The notes under the pieces are model-generated. The model worked only from the letters and a program-made list of their open reading frames with translations, did not search any database and was not told the DNA's origin. Positions 17,829 through 27,716 of a stretch of 64,000 nucleotides of DNA are shown in pieces (positions within the stretch are counted from its first letter, which is position 1; the number at the start of each line of letters is the position of its first letter). Source of the stretch: an uncultured Anaerolineaceae bacterium (GTDB lineage: Bacteria > Chloroflexota > Anaerolineae > Anaerolineales > E44-bin32); contig CAZNRD010000002.1 in the NCBI GenBank assembly GCA_964575425.1, forward strand, positions 1,951-65,950. The letters are read 5' to 3'. Position numbers and translations under genes: made by a program.

Positions 17829-18971
17829 TCAGGCGATGCGTAGCCATTCTGTTCCCTGCGGCGTGTCGCGCAGGGATATGCCCAGGTCCTGCAGTCTCTG
17901 TCGCGCTCGATCTGCCAGCATCCACAGGCCAGCGTCGCGCAGTTCGGCGCGTAGGTCGATCAGGAGGCGGATCAGTGCCTCGACTGTGTCTTCGGCGCCG
18001 GCGGCGGCTTCGATTGCCTGGGCAGCCTGATGGAGCAGGGCGGCGAGGCCCGCCGGCGCGCTTGCGGCAGCCAGCCGCAGGCTGCCAGGGATGTCGCCGC
18101 TTGCCAGGAGGGCCGAAGCCTGCGCGATGGTGCGGGAGGCTTCGGGGATGGCGGCGGTGGGTGTGGCGGGTTGTGTGGACAGGGGCAGCCCCTGGGAGGC
18201 CAGCTCGTCCAGGGGGAAGGTCTCGCCGGCTGTGTGGCGGAAGCTCTGGCCGCCGCGCAGGATGGTGACGCCGCCGCGCCCCATGACGCGCGCGGCGCCG
18301 CGCTCGAGGTCGAGGCTGCAGGCGGTGTGTTCGTCGATGCCGAGGACAACAGCGGTAGGTGGCAGGAGGGTGCGCAGGCGCTGGAAGCGTTCCATTCCCA
18401 TGAAGCAGGCGCGGGTGTCGTGGGTGGCGCCTTCGGCGTTGTCCCAATGGGTCACGATAGCCAGGTCGAGGCCAAAGCGGCCGAGCAGGTCCAGGCCCTC
18501 AATCCAGTGCAGGTCCTGTCCCACCTTGTAGATTTCATAGACAGGCAGGGCATGGCGGCTGATGGCGATCGCGGCTGAGCTGGCGAAGACAAGCTGGGCA
18601 CCGGCCAGCCAGCGTTCGACGATGGCGGCGTAGAGGGGAGAATCGTGCCACTGGCGCACAGCATAGGTCGGGCTGCCCGGTCCGGCGAGCAGGTAGTTGG
18701 CACTGGAGACGATCGTCAGGGCCTGTGCGAGCTGCTCGGGGTCTTCGTCGGCGCGGCGCAGGCTGGCGATTTGCAGCTCCAGGTTGAGTCGAGTCTGAAA
18801 GAACTGACGGAACCGAGCGTGGATGGCTTCCAGGCCCAGCTCGAAGCCGGCGGGGGTATCGATGAGGGCTGGCTTGGCCGGCTGTAGGAGGCAGCTGAGC
18901 AGGGAGCGGTGGAGTTTGACCATCCCGGGGGCGGTCTCGCCCGAGCCAATCAACGTCAGCCAGCCTGGCAT
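17829..18971 (-). CDS. Peptidase S51 (peptidase E/cyanophycinase)-like domain fused to a CysRS C-terminal-like module
   Basis: The N-terminal ~240 aa carry LLAGPGSPTY, VFASSAAIA (nucleophile elbow-like) and VTHWDN. An Ala/Pro-rich linker follows. The C-terminal ALIRLLIDLRAELRDAGLWMLADRARQRLQDLGISLRDTPQGTEW resembles the extreme C-terminus of cysteinyl-tRNA synthetase. Confidence 0.6.
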   Translation of the reverse strand: MPGWLTLIGSGETAPGMVKLHRSLLSCLLQPAKPALIDTPAGFELGLEAIHARFRQFFQTRLNLELQIASLRRADEDPEQLAQALTIVSSANYLLAGPGSPTYAVRQWHDSPLYAAIVERWLAGAQLVFASSAAIAISRHALPVYEIYKVGQDLHWIEGLDLLGRFGLDLAIVTHWDNAEGATHDTRACFMGMERFQRLRTLLPPTAVVLGIDEHTACSLDLERGAARVMGRGGVTILRGGQSFRHTAGETFPLDELASQGLPLSTQPATPTAAIPEASRTIAQASALLASGDIPGSLRLAAASAPAGLAALLHQAAQAIEAAAGAEDTVEALIRLLIDLRAELRDAGLWMLADRARQRLQDLGISLRDTPQGTEWLRIA

Positions 18972-19021
18972 CGTGCCTCCAGGGGCTGAGTATACCGCGC
19001 CGGCTGGGGGCGGGTGCCTTG

Positions 19022-19030
19022 TGTTATGAT
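19022..19030 (+). promoter_or_regulatory. Extended -10 promoter candidate (TGTTATGAT) upstream of dnaK
   Basis: TGn-TATGAT lies about 100 nt upstream of the dnaK ATG. There is no obvious -35 element. Confidence 0.35.
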
Positions 19031-19132
19031 ATCCGGCGGCCGAGCTTGAGACATCCCTCCAATCGCTCGTTAATGCTGTTCTTGCGCAGGCGGCCTAGCA
19101 TACCCACAGTTCGGACTCCGTGAGGTGAAAAC

Positions 19133-21022
19133 ATGTCAAAGATCGTGGGCATCGACCTGGGGACGACCAACAGCGTGGTTGCCGTCATGGAAGGCGGCGA
19201 TCCGGTGGTGATTCCCACGGCAGAAGGAGGCCGCCTCTGTCCGTCGGTGGTGGCCTTCACCAAGACGGGCGAGCGGCTGGTGGGGCAGACGGCTAAGCGG
19301 CAAGCGGTGATCAACTCGGAGAACACGGTCTACTCGATCAAGCGCTTCATGGGGCGGCGCTTCAATGAGGTCGAGACCGAGCGCAAGATGGTCCCGTATG
19401 AAGTGATGGAGGGGGCAAGCGGGGACGCGCGAGTGCGCATTCCGATCACCGATCGGGAGTATACGCCGCAGGAGATCTCGGCGATGATCCTGGCCAAGCT
19501 CAAGGCCGATGCCGAGGCCTACCTGGGTGAGCCGGTGACCAAGGCGGTCATCACCGTCCCGGCTTACTTCAACGATTCGCAGCGCCAGGCCACCAAGGAT
19601 GCTGGCCGCATCGCAGGATTGGAAGTGATGCGCATCATCAACGAACCGACAGCCTCGGCCCTGGCCTACGGCCTCGACAAGAAGGAAAACGAAACGATCC
19701 TGGTCTTCGACCTGGGCGGCGGCACGTTCGACGTCAGCCTGCTGGAAGTCGGCGAAGGCGTGGTCGAGGTCAAGGCCACCAATGGCGATACGCATCTGGG
19801 CGGCGACGACTGGGACCAGCGCATCACCAACTGGGCGGCGGACGAGTTCCTCAAGGACCAGGGCATCGACCTGCGCAAGGACCGCCAGGCACTGCAGCGG
19901 CTGCGCGAAGCGGCGGAGAAGGCCAAGATTGAACTCTCGACGATGACCGAGACCGAGATCAACCTGCCCTTCATCACAGCGGATGCCTCCGGACCCAAGC
20001 ACCTTCAGCTCAAGCTTACCCGCTCGAAGCTGGAGCAGCTCACCGAAAACCTGGTGGAGCGGCTGCGCGGGCCCTTCAACGCCGCGCTGCGCGACGGCGG
20101 GATGAAGGCCAGCGACGTCGACGAGGTGGTGCTGGTGGGCGGGGCGACGCGCATGCCCATGGTCCAGGATCTGGTGCGCTCGCTCACTGGCAAGGAGCCG
20201 CACAAGGGCGTCAACCCTGATGAGGTGGTGGCGGTGGGTGCGGCGCTGCAGGGCGGCGTCCTGGCGGGGGAAGTCAAGGACGTCCTCCTGGTGGACGTCA
20301 CGCCTCTGTCGCTCGGCGTGGAGACGCTGGGCGGCGTGATGACGGTGCTGGTGGAACGCAACACCAACATCCCGATTCGCAAGGCGGAGATCTTCTCGAC
20401 CGCCGAGGATGGCCAGACGGCGGTCGACATCCATGTGCTGCAGGGTGAGCGGCCCATGGCCGCGGACAACATGACCCTGGGCCGCTTCCGCCTGGAGGGC
20501 ATTCCTCCAGCGCCGCGCGGCGTGCCGCAGATCGAGGTTGCCTTCGATATCGACGCCAACGGCATCCTCAATGTCACGGCCAAAGACAAGGCCACCGGCA
20601 AAGAGCAGCGGGTGACGATCACAGCGTCGACCAACCTCAAGAAGGAGGAGGTCGAACGCATGGTCGAAGAAGCACGGCGCCATGAGGGGGAGGACCGCAA
20701 GCGGCGCGAGCTGGCAGATGCGCGCAATCAGGGCGATGCTGTTGCCTATCAGGCCGAGAAGGCACTGCGCGAGCTGGGCGACAAGGTGCCCGCCAGCGAT
20801 CGCGAGAGGATTGAAGCCAGCGTCAAGTCGCTGCGTGAAGCCCTCAAGGACGATGACATCCAGAAGATCCGTCGGCTGAGCGAGGAGGTTCAGCAAGCCT
20901 CCTACGCCCTGGGGCAGCAGCTGTACGCACAGCAGGCGAAGGCAGCCCCCGGCGGGGCGGCCAGCGGCGACGGCGGCACCGGACAGGGGGACGTCGTCGA
21001 GGGCGAGTTCCGCGAGGCCTGA
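19133..21022 (+). CDS. dnaK: Molecular chaperone DnaK (Hsp70)
   Basis: 629 aa. [17 protein letters not shown] and [10 protein letters not shown], with full-length Hsp70 collinearity. Confidence 0.97.
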   Translation: MSKIVGIDLGTTNSVVAVMEGGDPVVIPTAEGGRLCPSVVAFTKTGERLVGQTAKRQAVINSENTVYSIKRFMGRRFNEVETERKMVPYEVMEGASGDARVRIPITDREYTPQEISAMILAKLKADAEAYLGEPVTKAVITVPAYFNDSQRQATKDAGRIAGLEVMRIINEPTASALAYGLDKKENETILVFDLGGGTFDVSLLEVGEGVVEVKATNGDTHLGGDDWDQRITNWAADEFLKDQGIDLRKDRQALQRLREAAEKAKIELSTMTETEINLPFITADASGPKHLQLKLTRSKLEQLTENLVERLRGPFNAALRDGGMKASDVDEVVLVGGATRMPMVQDLVRSLTGKEPHKGVNPDEVVAVGAALQGGVLAGEVKDVLLVDVTPLSLGVETLGGVMTVLVERNTNIPIRKAEIFSTAEDGQTAVDIHVLQGERPMAADNMTLGRFRLEGIPPAPRGVPQIEVAFDIDANGILNVTAKDKATGKEQRVTITASTNLKKEEVERMVEEARRHEGEDRKRRELADARNQGDAVAYQAEKALRELGDKVPASDRERIEASVKSLREALKDDDIQKIRRLSEEVQQASYALGQQLYAQQAKAAPGGAASGDGGTGQGDVVEGEFREA

Positions 21023-21033
21023 GATGCAGTGAC

Positions 21034-21070
21034 ACCGGGCTCCCAGTTCGGGGCCCGGTTTCTGTTTCTG
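21034..21070 (+). terminator. Rho-independent terminator after dnaK
   Basis: ACCGGGCTCC...GGGGCCCGGT stem (about 10 bp) followed by TTTCTGTTTCTGG. Confidence 0.55.
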
Positions 21071-21198
21071 GCGCAGGGTGACGGTGGGAGTTCCGTGTCT
21101 TGCCACCCCGCAGGCCGTCCCCTATAATGAGATCGCCGGGCACAGGTCCTCCATCACCGCGCACACAGACCGTGAGCCTGGCAAGGAGGATATGCTTC

Positions 21199-22143
21199 GT
21201 GGTCCTTCCCAAGTACGCCTATTTCCGAGGCAAGGTCGTTCCCTACTCGCAGGCCAAAGTCGGCGTGATGACCCATGGCTTGAACTACGGAACCGGAGCC
21301 TTTGGAGGCGTGCGGGCATTCTGGAATCAGGAAGAGGGACAGCTGTTCGTCTTTCGACCCCTTGATCACTTCAAACGATTTCTCAACTCAGCCCGGCTGC
21401 TGTGTATGGACCTCGGCCTGACGGCAGAGGACATGCGCCTGATCACCCTCGATGTGCTGCGCGCCGAGGGCTACCAGGAGAACTGCTACATCCGCCCTCT
21501 GGCGTTCAAGAGCGACGAGGTCATCGGCGTGCGTCTGCACGATCTGCGCGACGAATTCACCCTGTTCGCCATCCCCTTCACGCGCTACGTTGAGGCCGAT
21601 GAGAGCGCGCACGTGACCTTCTCAGCCTGGCGTCGCATCGACGACAACTCCATCCCGGCGCGGGGCAAGATCACCGGCGGCTACGTCAACTCAGCCTTCA
21701 TCAAGACCGATGCCATGCGTCAGGGCTTCGACGAGGCGCTGGTGCTGACTCGCGAGGGGCACGTTTCGGAAGGCAGCGCCGAGAATGTCTTTATCGTGCG
21801 CGATGGGGTGTTGATCACGCCGCCCGTGACCGAGAACATCCTGGAAGGCATCACCCGGCGGACGGTGATGCAGCTGGCGATCGAAGAGCTTGGGCTGCAG
21901 GTTGTGGAGCGCCCGATCGACCGCACCGAGGTCTACTTGTGTGACGAGCTGTTCCTGACGGGCACGGCGGCGGGCATCACCGCTGTGGTCAAGGTCGATC
22001 ACCGGTTGATCGGCAGCGGGGTGATGGGGCCGGTGGTGACGCAGCTGCGTCGCATCTACGACGACGTGGTCCGCGGTCGGCTGCCGCAGTACCGCCACTG
22101 GAACGACCCGGTGTACGTGCGAGAGTCGGCCGCCGCCGATTGA
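21199..22143 (+). CDS. ilvE: Branched-chain amino acid aminotransferase
   Basis: VMTHGLNYGTGAFGGVRAF, YIRP, EGSAENVFIV and LEGITRR. The GTG at 21199 lies 9 nt after AAGGAGG (21183-21189). The ATG at 21192 is out of frame and too close to the SD. Confidence 0.85.
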   Translation: MVLPKYAYFRGKVVPYSQAKVGVMTHGLNYGTGAFGGVRAFWNQEEGQLFVFRPLDHFKRFLNSARLLCMDLGLTAEDMRLITLDVLRAEGYQENCYIRPLAFKSDEVIGVRLHDLRDEFTLFAIPFTRYVEADESAHVTFSAWRRIDDNSIPARGKITGGYVNSAFIKTDAMRQGFDEALVLTREGHVSEGSAENVFIVRDGVLITPPVTENILEGITRRTVMQLAIEELGLQVVERPIDRTEVYLCDELFLTGTAAGITAVVKVDHRLIGSGVMGPVVTQLRRIYDDVVRGRLPQYRHWNDPVYVRESAAAD

Positions 22144-22210
22144 CCGCGCCAAAGACCTGGACGCGAGCGGGAGAGCTGCCGCTGCGGCCGCGCTCCCGCC
22201 TTCGACTCGG

Positions 22211-23131
22211 ATGTCCTTCACACCTCCCCGCCTGCCCGGCCTGGTCCTAGGGACCCTGTTTCTGATCGTGCTCCTGGGCATCACGACCTATGCCGCCAGC
22301 CAGCTGGCCATTGCGACGATCTCGCCTTGGATTGTGGCTTGGGTGTTGCTTCCGCTGCTGAGCGTCCCGTTGGCGGTGCTGGTGGCGTACCGCTTGTATG
22401 GCTTGCTCAGCGCCAGCTATCGGCTTGACCGCAACGGTTTCTACCTGGCCTGGGGTCTGGCCCGGGAGCAGATTCCCCTGGCGGACCTGGAGAGGCCGCG
22501 CCTGATCTGGGATGTGCCGGGGCGCTGGCTTCCGCACGGGGGGCTGTGGTGGCCGGGGTGCGTGGTTGGGCGAGGCCGTGTCGAGGAGGTGGGTCGGGTC
22601 GACTTCTTCGCCACCACACCCCCGCAGGGGATGGTCCTCCTCAGCGCCGGTGAGCGACACCTGGTCATCTCACCGCCGGACCCAATTGGCTTCGTCGATG
22701 CCTTTACGCAGGCGGTCCGCCTTGGCTCCCTCGAACCGATTCCCGCGATCTCACAACGTCCAGACTTCCTCTTCAACCGGCTGTGGGCCGACCAGGTGGC
22801 CCGGCTGTTGCTCATCCTGGGGGCGGCGCTCTCTCTCCTGCTCCTGGGGTACCTGGCGCTGCGCGCGCCGAACCTGCCGCCCCGGGTCGCATTCGGCTTC
22901 GATCCGGCTGGAAACCCGGACCCCTGGGCTCCCCCAGGCCGGCTGCTGCTTCTGCCCTTGATCGGAGGCCTGTGCTGGCTGGTGGACCTGGCCGTTGGCG
23001 TGTGGCTCTATCGGCGGGATGCCGATCGGCTGCTGGCCTATGTCGTGTGGGGGATGGCCACCTTTGTGGGCTTGCTGCTATGGGGTGCGGCCCTGCAGCT
23101 CCTGGCGGTTTCCGGGGGTGTTCGACCATGA
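22211..23131 (+). CDS. Membrane protein with a central bacterial PH-like soluble domain (tentative)
   Basis: 306 aa. Two N-terminal TMs, then YRLDRNGFYLAWGL...HLVISPPDP, then three or four C-terminal TMs. Confidence 0.5.
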   Translation: MSFTPPRLPGLVLGTLFLIVLLGITTYAASQLAIATISPWIVAWVLLPLLSVPLAVLVAYRLYGLLSASYRLDRNGFYLAWGLAREQIPLADLERPRLIWDVPGRWLPHGGLWWPGCVVGRGRVEEVGRVDFFATTPPQGMVLLSAGERHLVISPPDPIGFVDAFTQAVRLGSLEPIPAISQRPDFLFNRLWADQVARLLLILGAALSLLLLGYLALRAPNLPPRVAFGFDPAGNPDPWAPPGRLLLLPLIGGLCWLVDLAVGVWLYRRDADRLLAYVVWGMATFVGLLLWGAALQLLAVSGGVRP

Positions 23132-23216
23132 GGCCATTCTCCTGTCTATCCACATCCTCCCATGGGTTATCCCCAGGTCCAGGCGGGGTTATCCACAGGG
23201 GCCTGGGGAGGCGGGA

Positions 23217-24023
23217 GTGACCCTCATCGGGCTGGCGCTGGGCGCGGCCGTGGCTGCCAGCATCGCGGCGGCAGCCTTTGCGCTCGGGGCACTCTCGCCC
23301 GGTGGAGCGGCGGGGGCATGGGTTGTCGGGACGGTGACTTTCGGGCTGGGCGGCCTGACGCCAGCGGTCCTGCTCGTGTTGTTCTTCGTCTCTTCGAGCG
23401 TGGTCTCGCGCCTGGGTGGTGTGCGCAAGCGAGAGGTGGCGGCCGCATTTTCCAAGGGACACCGTCGCGATCTGGGCCAGGCGCTGGCCAACGGCGGTGC
23501 GGCGGCGGTGTGTTCACTGCTGCTGGGGTTGACGGGCAATGGGATCTGGCTCGCGGCCGCGGTGGGCGCCTTGGCCGCGGCGAATGCCGACACCTGGGCG
23601 ACGGAACTGGGCGTCCTCTCCAGGGAGCGGCCGCGTCTGATTACCAGTGGGGTGCGGGTGGAGGCCGGGACTTCGGGCGGCGTCAGTGGCGTGGGCACTC
23701 TGGCCGCGGTGGCAGGTGCGGCGCTGATCGGCGCGAGCGCAGTCCTGCTCGAGAAGCAGCCAATACTCTTGCTCGCAGGGCTGCTGGGGGGGCTGGGTGG
23801 AACGCTCCTGGACAGCCTGCTCGGGGCGACGGTGCAGGCGATGTACTTTTGCCCCGCGTGCCAGCGGGCGACCGAGCGTCATCCCCGTCACTCGTGCGGC
23901 GGCCCGACACAGCCCCTGCGCGGCCTGCCCTGGCTCAACAATGACGCCGTGAACCTGGCCGCCACCCTGGTCGGCAGCCTGCTGGCCTGCCTGCTGGTCC
24001 TGGCCTTGCCGTTTTCGGGATAG
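23217..24023 (+). CDS. DUF92 (TMEM19-like) integral membrane protein
   Basis: FFVSSSVVSRLG, ANGGAAA, AAANADTWATELG and GTSGGVSGVGTLAA. The GTG at 23217 follows GGAGG. A C-terminal CPACxxxxxxHPRHSC cluster is present. Confidence 0.7.
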   Translation: MTLIGLALGAAVAASIAAAAFALGALSPGGAAGAWVVGTVTFGLGGLTPAVLLVLFFVSSSVVSRLGGVRKREVAAAFSKGHRRDLGQALANGGAAAVCSLLLGLTGNGIWLAAAVGALAAANADTWATELGVLSRERPRLITSGVRVEAGTSGGVSGVGTLAAVAGAALIGASAVLLEKQPILLLAGLLGGLGGTLLDSLLGATVQAMYFCPACQRATERHPRHSCGGPTQPLRGLPWLNNDAVNLAATLVGSLLACLLVLALPFSG

Positions 24024-24043
24024 AATCCAGGTGGGGAGGGAAC

Positions 24044-25297
24044 ATGGCCCTCCAGAACGTCCTGGCCGTCATCCTTGGGGGCGGGCGCGGCACACGCCTG
24101 TGGCCGCTGACCAAGCTGCGCGCCAAACCCGCAGTCCCCATTGGAGGCAAGTACCGCCTCGTTGACATCGCCCTCAGCAACTGTCTCAACTCCGGCATCC
24201 AGCAAATTGCCGTCCTCACCCAGTTCAACTCGATCTCGCTGCACCGCCACATTGCCTCGACGTACCATTTTGACGCCTTCCACCCCGGCTGGGTGCAGAT
24301 CTGGGCGGCCGAGCAGACGTTCGCCAGCGGCGATTGGTATCAGGGCACGGCCGATGCTGTGCGCAAGCAGCTGTTCGAGATCCAGGTGACAGGCGCCAGC
24401 GATGTCATGATCCTGGCCGGGGACCACTTGTACCGCATGGACTACGCGGCTCTTGCCGACTACCACTGGCGGCGGACGGCGGACGTCACCGTGGCGTTGA
24501 AGCCCGTGCCCGCCAGCGAAGCGCATCGCTTCGGTATCGTGCGCCAGACGCCGGATGGCAGGATCAGCGACTTCGTTGAGAAGCCTGAGACGGGGGAGGT
24601 GTTGGCAGGTTTCACCAGCCGCAACGACCCCGCAACCCCCTATCTGGGTTCGATGGGGATCTACCTGTTCAGGATTGGCGTGCTGGTGGACCTGCTCGAC
24701 TCGGACTATGATGACTTCGGCAGTGACGTCCTGCCGGCAGCCATCCACACCCATCGGGTGTACGGCTACCACTTCGACGGCTACTGGGAGGACATCGGCA
24801 CCATCCGCGCGTTCTACCGGGCCAACCTTGCGCTGGCCCAACGCGACCCACCGTTCACCTTCCACGACCCGGTGCGACCGGTGTACACCCACCCGCGCTT
24901 TTTAGCCGCCTCGCGCATCTACGACGTTCGGCTGGACAACGTCCTCCTGGCTGATGGCTGCATCGTCGAAGGGGCCGAGATCCGGAATTCGATCATCGGC
25001 CTGCGCAGCATCATCCGTGAAGATGTCGTCATCCGCGATACAGTCGTCATGGGTGCTGACTTCTACGAGGGCGAGGGGCAAGCGCCTGCTTCTTCCGCGC
25101 CGCCGATGGGTGTGGGGCAGGGATCGCGCGTCTGCGGAGCGATCGTCGACAAGAATGCACGCATCGGCAGGAACGTCCGCATCGACTGCTTCCCCGAGGG
25201 CGTCAACCTGACCCATGAACAGTGGGCCGTGCGCGACGGCATCGTTGTCGTTCCCAAGAACGCTGTCATCCCCGACGGGACGGTGATCGCGCCCTAG
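24044..25297 (+). CDS. glgC: Glucose-1-phosphate adenylyltransferase
   Basis: 417 aa. AVILGGGRGTRLWPLT, AKPAVPIGGKYRLVDIALSNCLNSG and FVEKP, followed by a C-terminal left-handed beta-helix. Confidence 0.9.
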   Translation: MALQNVLAVILGGGRGTRLWPLTKLRAKPAVPIGGKYRLVDIALSNCLNSGIQQIAVLTQFNSISLHRHIASTYHFDAFHPGWVQIWAAEQTFASGDWYQGTADAVRKQLFEIQVTGASDVMILAGDHLYRMDYAALADYHWRRTADVTVALKPVPASEAHRFGIVRQTPDGRISDFVEKPETGEVLAGFTSRNDPATPYLGSMGIYLFRIGVLVDLLDSDYDDFGSDVLPAAIHTHRVYGYHFDGYWEDIGTIRAFYRANLALAQRDPPFTFHDPVRPVYTHPRFLAASRIYDVRLDNVLLADGCIVEGAEIRNSIIGLRSIIREDVVIRDTVVMGADFYEGEGQAPASSAPPMGVGQGSRVCGAIVDKNARIGRNVRIDCFPEGVNLTHEQWAVRDGIVVVPKNAVIPDGTVIAP

Positions 25298-25319
25298 AGA
25301 AGGCTCAGAGAAAGACGGA

Positions 25320-25350
25320 GGGCCAGGCGGATGGTTCGCCTGGCCCTTTC
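25320..25350. terminator. Bidirectional hairpin terminator between convergent glgC and the MFS gene
   Basis: GGGCCAGGCG (25320-25329) pairs perfectly with CGCCTGGCCC (25337-25346), followed by TTTC. Confidence 0.55.
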
Positions 25351-25358
25351 GTGCTTCC

Positions 25359-26549
25359 TCAGGCCCTGGGCCGCGTCATGACCATGCAAACGCCGGCCAG
25401 CGCCATGAAGACGGCGCTGAAAGCCCAGATCGAGGCATGGCTGGTGAGGTCGATGAGCCGACCGGCCAGGATGGGGCCGGTGATGGCCGCAGCCGACGAG
25501 GAAAAATAGTACAGGCCGGTGTAGGCCCCGATACGCTCGCTGCCTCCCAGGTCGTACACCATGGGCAGCGAGTTGATGTTGATCAACGACCAGAACAACC
25601 CCATCAGTGCCAGCAGCCCGAGCAGAACTGCCGGCTGGCGGATGAGCACGCCGGCGACGAGGCCGACGAACATGCCGGCGATGCCAGTCAGGATGGTCGG
25701 GCGGCGGCCGAAGCGCGTGGCGATCAAGCCGCTGGGGATGGCGAAGAGGATGAAGGCGGCAGCAAAGGCGGTCAGCATCTGCGTGCCGCGGCCGACCTCG
25801 ATGCCCAGGATGTTGCGGGCGTAGAGGGTGAAGAAGGCTTCCATGGCGTTCCAGCCGACAAACCAGCAGAAGATGGCCCCCAGCAGCCACAGGCCATCCT
25901 TTCGTGGCCCGGCGGCGACCTGGCGCAGGTTCTCGAGCACGCTCGACTCGCGCAAAGCGATATCGACGGGAGCAGCCTCCGGCTCACGCACGATGAGGAC
26001 CAGGAGCAGGATGACAAACAGCATAACTCCCGAGCCAACGATGAAGGGCAGGGGGACGCCCAGGCGGTAGAGCGCCCCGCCGCCGAAGAGGGCCGCTGCC
26101 GCCCCCACCCCGCCCATAAGGTTGATCACCCCGTTAGCCTTGCTGCGGTCCTCGGGGCGAAAGAGGTCGCCCAGGTAGGCGACGGTTGGCGAGCGGAAGA
26201 GCGCCATGCCGATGTTGGTTCCCAGGATTGCCAGGGCGATCAGGAGGAAGTTCTGGCGCACAAAGGGGACGAGGATGAAGAAGATGGCTGCCATCGGGGC
26301 GCCGAGCATCAGCCAGGGCTTGCGGCGGCCAAAGCGGCTGCGGGTGCGATCGGAGCGGCTGCCCACCCAGGGCTGGACGAACATGTTGAGGATGTTGTCC
26401 CAGGTCAGGATGAAGCCCACGATCACGGCTGACAGGCCAAGGTCCTCCAGCATGGGGGGGATCAGGCTATTGAAAAGGGGCCAGATGACGCTGATACCGA
26501 AGAAGCCGAAGCCAAGAATGAAGGTTTTGCCCCAGGGGAAGGGGTTCAT
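25359..26549 (-). CDS. MFS transporter, GPH/SLC45 (sucrose-type) like
   Basis: 396 aa from the ATG at 26549, after GGAGG. GSRSDRTRSRFGRRKPW loop motif and 12 hydrophobic segments. Confidence 0.8.
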   Translation of the reverse strand: MNPFPWGKTFILGFGFFGISVIWPLFNSLIPPMLEDLGLSAVIVGFILTWDNILNMFVQPWVGSRSDRTRSRFGRRKPWLMLGAPMAAIFFILVPFVRQNFLLIALAILGTNIGMALFRSPTVAYLGDLFRPEDRSKANGVINLMGGVGAAAALFGGGALYRLGVPLPFIVGSGVMLFVILLLVLIVREPEAAPVDIALRESSVLENLRQVAAGPRKDGLWLLGAIFCWFVGWNAMEAFFTLYARNILGIEVGRGTQMLTAFAAAFILFAIPSGLIATRFGRRPTILTGIAGMFVGLVAGVLIRQPAVLLGLLALMGLFWSLININSLPMVYDLGGSERIGAYTGLYYFSSSAAAITGPILAGRLIDLTSHASIWAFSAVFMALAGVCMVMTRPRA

Positions 26550-26699
26550 GGGCCGCCTCCGGCAGGAGCGGAATGCTGGGATTGTAGGGGAAGCCTCGCC
26601 ATGTGACAAACACCGTCCGGCCGCCTCGGAGGTGAGACGACGCCACCAGGAGACCTGCCCACTGCGTCAGAGGCTGGGGACGGCAGGGGAGGCAGGTGG

Positions 26700-27701
26700 C
26701 TAGTGGGGTTCGTGAAGCCAGCAGGCCACTGAATGATCAGGCTGCACATCGCGCAGGGATGGCTCGCGCAGCGGGCAGATGTCCTGCATTACCATCGGGC
26801 AGCGGGGGTGGAAGCGACAGCCGCCCGGCGGGTTGAGGGGGCTGGGGACATCGCCGCTGAGGATGATCCGCTGGCGGCGCAGCCTGGGGTCGGGCACCGG
26901 GATGGCCGACATCAGCGCCTGGGTGTATGGGTGCAGCGGATTCTCGAACAGCTGGCGCTTTGTGCCGATCTCGACGATCTTGCCCAGGTACATCACGGCC
27001 ACGCGGTCGGAGATGTGCTCGACCACGCCCATGTTGTGGGCGATGAAGAGATAGGTGAGGCCGAACTCCTGCTGCAGGTCTTTGAGCAGGTTGAGCACCT
27101 GGGCCTGGATGGAAACATCCAGTGCCGAAACCGGTTCGTCGGCGACGATGAACTCCGGGCTGACGGCGAGGGCCCGGGCGATCCCGATTCGCTGACGCTG
27201 CCCCCCCGAGAACTCGTGGGGGTAGCGGCGGGCATGGTAGTCCTCCAGGCCGACCCTGCGCAGGAGGTCGAGCACGATTTCGTAGCGCTCCTTGGGACTG
27301 CCGATACGGTGGATGTTCAGTCCTTCAGCGATCGACTCGGCGATGGGCTTACGCGGATCGAGCGATGAGTAGGGGTCCTGGAAGATAATCTGGGCCTTGC
27401 GACGGATGGCGCGCAGTTCACGCCCTTTGAGGCGAATCACGTCGATGCCGTCAATGCGAACGGATCCCCGCGTGGGCTCGATCAGGCGCAGGATGGCCCG
27501 GCCGACCGTGGTCTTGCCACAGCCCGACTCACCAACCAGGCCCAGGGTCTCGCCACGCCGAATCGTGAAACCGACATCATCGACGGCCTGCACCCAGGCG
27601 CGAATGCGCTGCAGGATGCCCTTGCGAACGGGAAAGTGCTTGACCAGGTTTGAGACCTCAATGAGATTGCCGGTGGCTGGCGTGGCGGCGGGGGAGTTCA
27701 T
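26700..27701 (-). CDS. Oligopeptide/dipeptide ABC transporter ATP-binding protein (OppF/DppF-type)
   Basis: GESGCGKTT (Walker A), [15 protein letters not shown] (signature), [11 protein letters not shown] (Walker B) and a C-terminal CRFHPRC oligopeptide-type extension. Confidence 0.9.
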   Translation of the reverse strand: MNSPAATPATGNLIEVSNLVKHFPVRKGILQRIRAWVQAVDDVGFTIRRGETLGLVGESGCGKTTVGRAILRLIEPTRGSVRIDGIDVIRLKGRELRAIRRKAQIIFQDPYSSLDPRKPIAESIAEGLNIHRIGSPKERYEIVLDLLRRVGLEDYHARRYPHEFSGGQRQRIGIARALAVSPEFIVADEPVSALDVSIQAQVLNLLKDLQQEFGLTYLFIAHNMGVVEHISDRVAVMYLGKIVEIGTKRQLFENPLHPYTQALMSAIPVPDPRLRRQRIILSGDVPSPLNPPGGCRFHPRCPMVMQDICPLREPSLRDVQPDHSVACWLHEPH

Positions 27702-27716
27702 AAGGGGATCACTCGC

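Noticed and set aside
16541-18268. 575-aa plus-strand ORF across the M42 peptidase, small membrane protein and S51-like genes
   Set aside because: It is antisense to three better-supported minus-strand genes. It is Arg/Pro/Gly/Ala-rich and low-complexity. Rejected as an artefact.
19136-21106. 656-aa ORF on the minus strand covering all of dnaK
   Set aside because: It is antisense to an unambiguous dnaK gene. The translation is Arg/Gly/Ala/Leu/His-rich with no motifs. Long stop-free antisense frames are expected at this GC content.
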